A stretch of DNA of 40,230 bases from the NCBI GenBank assembly GCA_026398515.1, contig JAPLSS010000446.1, positions 1 through 40,230 on the forward strand. The letters run 5' to 3'. The notes under the pieces are model-generated. The model saw only the letters and a program-made list of their open reading frames with translations, was not told the origin of the DNA and made no database searches. The DNA comes from Candidatus Sumerlaeota bacterium (lineage in GTDB: Bacteria > Sumerlaeota > Sumerlaeia > JAPLSS01). How positions within the stretch are numbered: the first letter of the stretch is position 1; each line of letters opens with the position of its first letter. The position numbers were made by a program, and so were the translations under genes. Of this stretch, positions 35,415 through 40,230 are shown one piece after another.

Positions 35415-38216
35415 ATGAGCGCTCGCTGCGTTCTTCTTCGTCTCGGCGTGTTTATGATCTCCGCTTTGTCATTCGCTATCTCTGGTCATGGCGCCGGAAC
35501 GGTGAATCTCGCGCAGAACGGCTCCTTTGAAGAAGGAGCGGACCCGCAAGGCGCGCCCATCGGTTGGGAAACCTCGGGACGGCGGGAGATCGCGCAGTCG
35601 CTCACCCTGGACGCCGGCCACGACGGAGGCAAGTCGGCGCGGCTGGTATGCACGAAATTCGTGGGTGGCACGCCGGACAGCCATGCCATGATCTGCCAGG
35701 TCGGCAAGATCGCAATTGCGCGAGGACAATGGTACCGGCTGACTTTCTGGACAAGGGGCGTGGGCATCGCGCGGTCGGTATGTCAGGCTGCGCTGTCCAA
35801 AACCAAGCCCTGGGGACCGTCCGGCATCGAGTGCAACTTCCCCATCGGCCCCGCATGGCGGCGCGTCGAACGGGTGTTCCAGGCGGCGGATGACGTGCCC
35901 GCCGAATACAGCCGCCTTCAATTCTGGTTTGGGAGCACGGGCACGCTGTGGCTGGACGACGTAGTTCTCGAACCTATCGAGATGCGCGTTGAGTATCATC
36001 CCGCCCTCTCCACGAGCGGCATTCGAAACCTGATCCCCAACAGCAGCTTCGAGTGTGGCGAAGCCGGATGGGGCAGTTACACGCCCAACTTGGACACATG
36101 GTCGGGCAATCTATATGAGCAACTCGGCGAGGTGGATGACACAACCGCGGCGCGCGGCCAACATAGTCTGCGCATCACCCTCTCCAAGGACCGCGCGCCC
36201 GTCTATTGCTGGGATTACTTCGACCCGATTCGCCAACCCATTCACACGATCCTGGCGGCGTCGGCGGGCTGGGCGCCGATGCAGCCGGGGAAGCGGTACA
36301 CGTTGTCGTGCTTTCTCAAGGCCGACCAGCCCGGCGTGCCGGCGCTGTTGCTGGCGCACGAAAGTACGGGGCGCAACCAGCAACAACGCGTCCAGGTGGG
36401 GACTGACTGGGAGCGCTTCTCCATGACCTTCACGCCCCCTGGGGAATTCGCCTGGTGCGCCATGGGAATCGATCTCTCGAAATCGAGCCTCACGAGCGCG
36501 GCTCTCTGGATCGATGCGGTGCAACTGGAAGTTGCCGACAGCGCGTCGGACTACGCGCCGCGCTCCGAGGTGGAGAGTTTCATTTCCACACCCGCCGTTG
36601 GAAACTTATTCACGGATCCCGCCAAGGGCCTCGCGGTCAACTTGTTTCTCTCGAATGACTCGCCGACGGTTCGCAACGTGCGTGGGAAGATAGTTGTCAC
36701 GGACTACCTCGACCAGGAAGTCGCGTCGCGCGATATCCAACAGGACGTGGCCGCCGGCGCATCCGCGCAGATTCGGATCTCCGACCTGGCAAGCGGGAAA
36801 CGAGGCTTCTTCCGCGTCCGCTGGGGACCCGCGGATCGTGAGGCGCCCGTCCCGCCTACGCTTCGTTGCGCGGTCATTGACCCGTATCCGCACGCCGACT
36901 CGCCGTTCGGCATGAATCACGCGTACCCCTGGGGGTTCCTGCTTCAGATCTCCAAGAGCGCCGGCCTGACGTGGATGCGCGATTGGTCGGTCAAGTGGCT
37001 CACTGTCGAGCCGCGACAAGGCGAATTCGATTTCGCCAGGACCGACCCACAGATTGATCGCGTCCTGACGGAAAATCTGAACGCGCTTTTGTTGCTCCCC
37101 TTCCCGTCTACTCCCTGGTGCAGCTCAGCGGATAAGGACGCGGTTCGAAAAGAGGCGGGCGGCGACAAATACCAGGAACAACAATGCACAATCGCGTGCC
37201 CGGCGAAGGACCCATCGTTGTTCAAGAACTATATTGCACGGACCGTGGAGCATTACCGAGATCGGATTGGTTACTATGAGATTCTGAATGAGCCGCTATA
37301 TACTACATACGCTTTGCCCCAGCGATTCGGCTACGGGATGAAAGATTATCTCCGAATCCTGCAGGACGCCTATGAGACTATCAAGGCAGGCCAACCCGGC
37401 GCCACCGTCATCGGCGGCATCGGCGCGTGGGCCGGCGAGCACTGGGTCCGGCAATTCATCGAAGACGGCGGACTCCGCTCGTGCGACGCGATGGACATCC
37501 ACCTCTACCCGTCGACCATCCCGCCGGAATCATACGAGGAGGAGCTCGCCCAATGCCGCGAGTCGATGCAGTCGCGCGGCGAGGCGAAGCCCATTTGGCT
37601 GACCGAGTTCGGCTGCTACGGCGACGACGATCCGTGGAAAACGCCCGGGGGGATCGGCGATTCAGCCATGAGCAGCGCCAACTGGCCCTCGGAGCGGGAC
37701 GCCTCGGAGGCCCTGGTCAAGACGGCGGCCGTCTTCCTGACCCACGGCGTCAGCAAGATGTTCTTCCACGCCGGAACGTGCGGCCCGATTAATGGAGACG
37801 ACGGCGGCGGCATTTTCTTCGAATACGGCGGCACGCCGCGAAAGATGTACGCCGCGTTGAGCGCGCTCGCCAACCTGCTGGGCCCCGCCCCTCGGTCCTT
37901 GCCTCTTTCGCGTCTCAACAGCCGGCTTCGCGCCTATGCGTTCGACACGGGCCAAGGCGCGGCAGCGATCGTCTGGTCCGCGACAGAAGATGCCGTTCGA
38001 CTGCAATCGGCGCCCGAGGGCGTCGTCGCGCGCGATATGATGGGCAATGCAGTTCCCCCGGACGAATTGGCCGTCGGCTCGACGCCGTTTTACCTGCTCG
38101 CCTCGAATCCCGAGGTTCTGAAATCAGCGCTCCAAGACACGGATCCCTCCCATCGCCTTTCTCGTATGGCTGGCTTGCCAGACGTTCATCGTCACTCAGA
38201 GGAGAATGGGCCATGA
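35415..38216 (+). CDS. Secreted clan GH-A glycoside hydrolase (GH39/GH5-like) with two CBM4-like modules
   Basis: 'NLAQNGSFEEG' and 'NLIPNSSFECG' modules; 'YYEILNEP', 'DIHLY', 'KPIWLTEFG'. Start moved to ATG 35415 (purine-rich RBS, signal peptide follows). Confidence 0.8.
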   Translation: MSARCVLLRLGVFMISALSFAISGHGAGTVNLAQNGSFEEGADPQGAPIGWETSGRREIAQSLTLDAGHDGGKSARLVCTKFVGGTPDSHAMICQVGKIAIARGQWYRLTFWTRGVGIARSVCQAALSKTKPWGPSGIECNFPIGPAWRRVERVFQAADDVPAEYSRLQFWFGSTGTLWLDDVVLEPIEMRVEYHPALSTSGIRNLIPNSSFECGEAGWGSYTPNLDTWSGNLYEQLGEVDDTTAARGQHSLRITLSKDRAPVYCWDYFDPIRQPIHTILAASAGWAPMQPGKRYTLSCFLKADQPGVPALLLAHESTGRNQQQRVQVGTDWERFSMTFTPPGEFAWCAMGIDLSKSSLTSAALWIDAVQLEVADSASDYAPRSEVESFISTPAVGNLFTDPAKGLAVNLFLSNDSPTVRNVRGKIVVTDYLDQEVASRDIQQDVAAGASAQIRISDLASGKRGFFRVRWGPADREAPVPPTLRCAVIDPYPHADSPFGMNHAYPWGFLLQISKSAGLTWMRDWSVKWLTVEPRQGEFDFARTDPQIDRVLTENLNALLLLPFPSTPWCSSADKDAVRKEAGGDKYQEQQCTIACPAKDPSLFKNYIARTVEHYRDRIGYYEILNEPLYTTYALPQRFGYGMKDYLRILQDAYETIKAGQPGATVIGGIGAWAGEHWVRQFIEDGGLRSCDAMDIHLYPSTIPPESYEEELAQCRESMQSRGEAKPIWLTEFGCYGDDDPWKTPGGIGDSAMSSANWPSERDASEALVKTAAVFLTHGVSKMFFHAGTCGPINGDDGGGIFFEYGGTPRKMYAALSALANLLGPAPRSLPLSRLNSRLRAYAFDTGQGAAAIVWSATEDAVRLQSAPEGVVARDMMGNAVPPDELAVGSTPFYLLASNPEVLKSALQDTDPSHRLSRMAGLPDVHRHSEENGP

Positions 38217-39700
38217 TGCCGAGCCTCACTCGCAGAGAATTCCTGAAAGGTGCGGCGCTGCAAGGCGCGTTGCTCGCCGGCGCCGGGATCGTGTCAGCGC
38301 GGGCGGACAGGCCCGACGGTTCGCCGCCGGACTATGACTGCATCATTGTCGGCGCGGGGACGGCCGGCCTGGCGGCGGCGCTCCGATTGCGGCAGGCGGG
38401 ATGGACGCGGCTGCTGGTTGTTGAGAAGCAACCCGGCGCCGGCGGCATTTGCTGGACGAAGACTGAGCATGGCTTTCGCTTCCCCATGGGCACGACGTAC
38501 ATCGCCAAGCCGTGGAAAGGTTCGGCGGTCAAGGCCATCTATGAATCGTTGCCGGAGAAATGGTATCGGCCATTTCCCGAACCCGAGGACAGCTTGTTCC
38601 ACGACGGCAAGATCCTCGTCGACGCCACGGTCTTTCATGATTGGGAGAAGATTCCCGGAATCACCGCCGCCCAGACCGCGGATTGCGCGGCCCTGGCCGC
38701 GTGGTTTCAAAAAGCCTACAAGAAGTGCGAATGGCCTCTCTGGAGCAATCGCGGCGGCCCCCTGGCGGAATGGGAGGCCAAGACCATCCGGGAGTTGATT
38801 CATTCGATTCGCCCGCAATGCGACCCATGGGTGATGGGGTGTCTCGACAGCTTCACGCGAGGCGTGTTCAACGGGAACGTGGACGAAATCGGCGCCTTGC
38901 AGGGCATCGATATGATCGGCGACGAATGCGACAACAAGGGCGAGAACATCACCGGCGCGAGCACGTTCGTCGTGGCCGACCTGGTGGACACGCTGGTCCG
39001 CGAAATCGGCGCGGAGCATTTCTCCTTCGAGACGGAAGCCACCGCCGTCGAACGCGTGGGGAGCCGGGTAAACGTGACGCTCGCCTCCCAGGGCCGGCAG
39101 AGCGTCCAATCCTGCTCGTATTGCGTGGTGGCCGCCGGGGCGGTCGCGGCCCGCGCGCTCGTCGCCGATCTCCCCCCCAACGCGCGGAAGGCGCTGGAGA
39201 GCATTCGCTATGGACGCTACGCCGTCGTCAACCTGGTGATGAAAGACCACACCGTGCCGATCCACGCCTTCGATTGCACGCTGGGAGACAACATCATCGA
39301 CGACATCTATGATTTCACATTCGTCCAGAAGGAAGCCCAAGGCATTCCGCTCGACCAGCCGCCGGGGATCTACGGCTGTTACATCGCCGCGCGCAACCCG
39401 GATGATCTGACGCCGCTACAACCCCGCGACGACCTGGTGAAGATGTGTCTGGCGCAGATCGACCTGATATTCGGCAAGGGAACGTCCGATGGGGTGACGT
39501 CGACGCACGTGGCGCAATACGAGCGCGGGATGCCGGTATTCTATCCCGGGCTGACCTGGGAGCAGGAGTCCAACCTGATGCCAATGATTCAGGAACGGAT
39601 CCTTCTCGCCAACGACTACGTGCAAGGCTCTCCGACCATCGAAGGCGCCATGGAAGCCGGGTGGCATGCCGGCGGAAAGATCGCGGAGGCAAAGGGTTGA
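38213..39700 (+). CDS. Tat-exported FAD-dependent oxidoreductase (flavin amine oxidase-like family)
   Basis: 'TRREFLK' twin-arginine signal, 'IIVGAGTAGLAAA', 'VVEK...GG', C-terminal 'IEGAMEAG'. Confidence 0.85.
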   Translation: MMPSLTRREFLKGAALQGALLAGAGIVSARADRPDGSPPDYDCIIVGAGTAGLAAALRLRQAGWTRLLVVEKQPGAGGICWTKTEHGFRFPMGTTYIAKPWKGSAVKAIYESLPEKWYRPFPEPEDSLFHDGKILVDATVFHDWEKIPGITAAQTADCAALAAWFQKAYKKCEWPLWSNRGGPLAEWEAKTIRELIHSIRPQCDPWVMGCLDSFTRGVFNGNVDEIGALQGIDMIGDECDNKGENITGASTFVVADLVDTLVREIGAEHFSFETEATAVERVGSRVNVTLASQGRQSVQSCSYCVVAAGAVAARALVADLPPNARKALESIRYGRYAVVNLVMKDHTVPIHAFDCTLGDNIIDDIYDFTFVQKEAQGIPLDQPPGIYGCYIAARNPDDLTPLQPRDDLVKMCLAQIDLIFGKGTSDGVTSTHVAQYERGMPVFYPGLTWEQESNLMPMIQERILLANDYVQGSPTIEGAMEAGWHAGGKIAEAKG

Positions 39701-39822
39701 CGAGAAGCGGCGAAGTCGCCCCCCCTCGCGGCACTGTCATCCTTGACAATCTGAAGGAACCGGGATCAGGCTCAATAACTCATCAGGCTGCGACCACAAA
39801 TCGGAAAGGGGACCACCCCGAG

Positions 39823-40230
39823 ATGACTCCTATCAGGCTCAGGGCACGTTTTCTGAAGGCGGCTCTGGTCAGCGCGCTCATCGTTTCCGCGGCCGGATTC
39901 ATCGTGCCGGCGGCGAACGGGGCGGCGCGGACCGTCGACTACACGTGGCACAGTTTCTTTGATGTTCCCATTGTGGAGGACGCCTGGGCCCAGCGCGACA
40001 ACATCGGCTTCCAGAAGCTGCGCAGCAAGGCGTACCCCGTCACCATGGAGGCGACTTCGGTTGATGGGCCGCATGCGTACGCGGGCATTTCCGCCACGAG
40101 CTTTCTGTATGCTCCGGCCCGGTTGAAGATCACGGCTCGCAATCTGGACAAGGTCACGGTCGATACCATCGGCGGGGTCAACTCGCCGGCGCCAGCGGAG
40201 CAACGGGTCGGTCTGGCGCCTTACGACCTG
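39823..40230 (+). CDS. Secreted hypothetical protein, truncated by the window end
   Basis: Frame open from ATG 39823 to the end (MTPIRLRARFLKAALVSALIVSAAGFIVPAANGA...), signal-peptide-like; absent from the ORF track because it has no stop. Confidence 0.65.
   Translation, partial: MTPIRLRARFLKAALVSALIVSAAGFIVPAANGAARTVDYTWHSFFDVPIVEDAWAQRDNIGFQKLRSKAYPVTMEATSVDGPHAYAGISATSFLYAPARLKITARNLDKVTVDTIGGVNSPAPAEQRVGLAPYDL

Noticed and set aside
39735-39790. TTGACA within a TGTCA-N4-TGACA dyad and ATCAGGCT repeats upstream of the last gene
   Set aside because: No convincing -10 element at proper spacing, and the repeats are too short to support a call.
1-40230. CRISPR array, rRNA, intact tRNA, IS transposase or reverse transcriptase
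   Set aside because: None seen on reading either strand; a weak or short instance could have been missed by eye.

Overview
GC-rich bacterial DNA in three parts. (1) 1-7.4 kb: secreted carbohydrate-active-type genes (beta-helix protein, GH10 with a CBM-like N-terminus, a large TIM-barrel-like + LamG protein, a putative (alpha/alpha)-barrel protein). (2) 8.3-21.6 kb: an integration hotspot. Two tRNA 3' halves lie in tandem with no 5' half. A ~12.9 kb element is bounded by an exact 17-bp direct repeat (TCGGATTTCATATCCGA at 8389-8405 and 21336-21352) with matching arm-type repeats. It has a phage-satellite (PICI-like) backbone: integrase, a second XerC/D-like recombinase, AlpA/Xis-like HTH, Prim-Pol/SF3 helicase and an iteron-like origin. 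Its late-position genes are unusual: a prohead-protease-like gene with no recognisable capsid, portal or terminase, an ERCC4 nuclease, a HExxH peptidase, a small Cys-rich protein ending in an SSB-like tail, and a Panacea antitoxin/toxin pair. A broken third recombinase lies just outside the right junction. (3) 21.8-40.2 kb: a long co-oriented cluster of exported beta-propellers, two FGE-sulfatase-fold proteins and two paralogous unknown proteins, then a Dlt/Alg-like acyl-transfer module (MBOAT, SGNH, acyl-adenylating enzyme, ACP), a clan GH-A hydrolase, a Tat-exported flavoprotein and a truncated secreted protein. All protein calls come from motif recognition by eye; no database searches were run.
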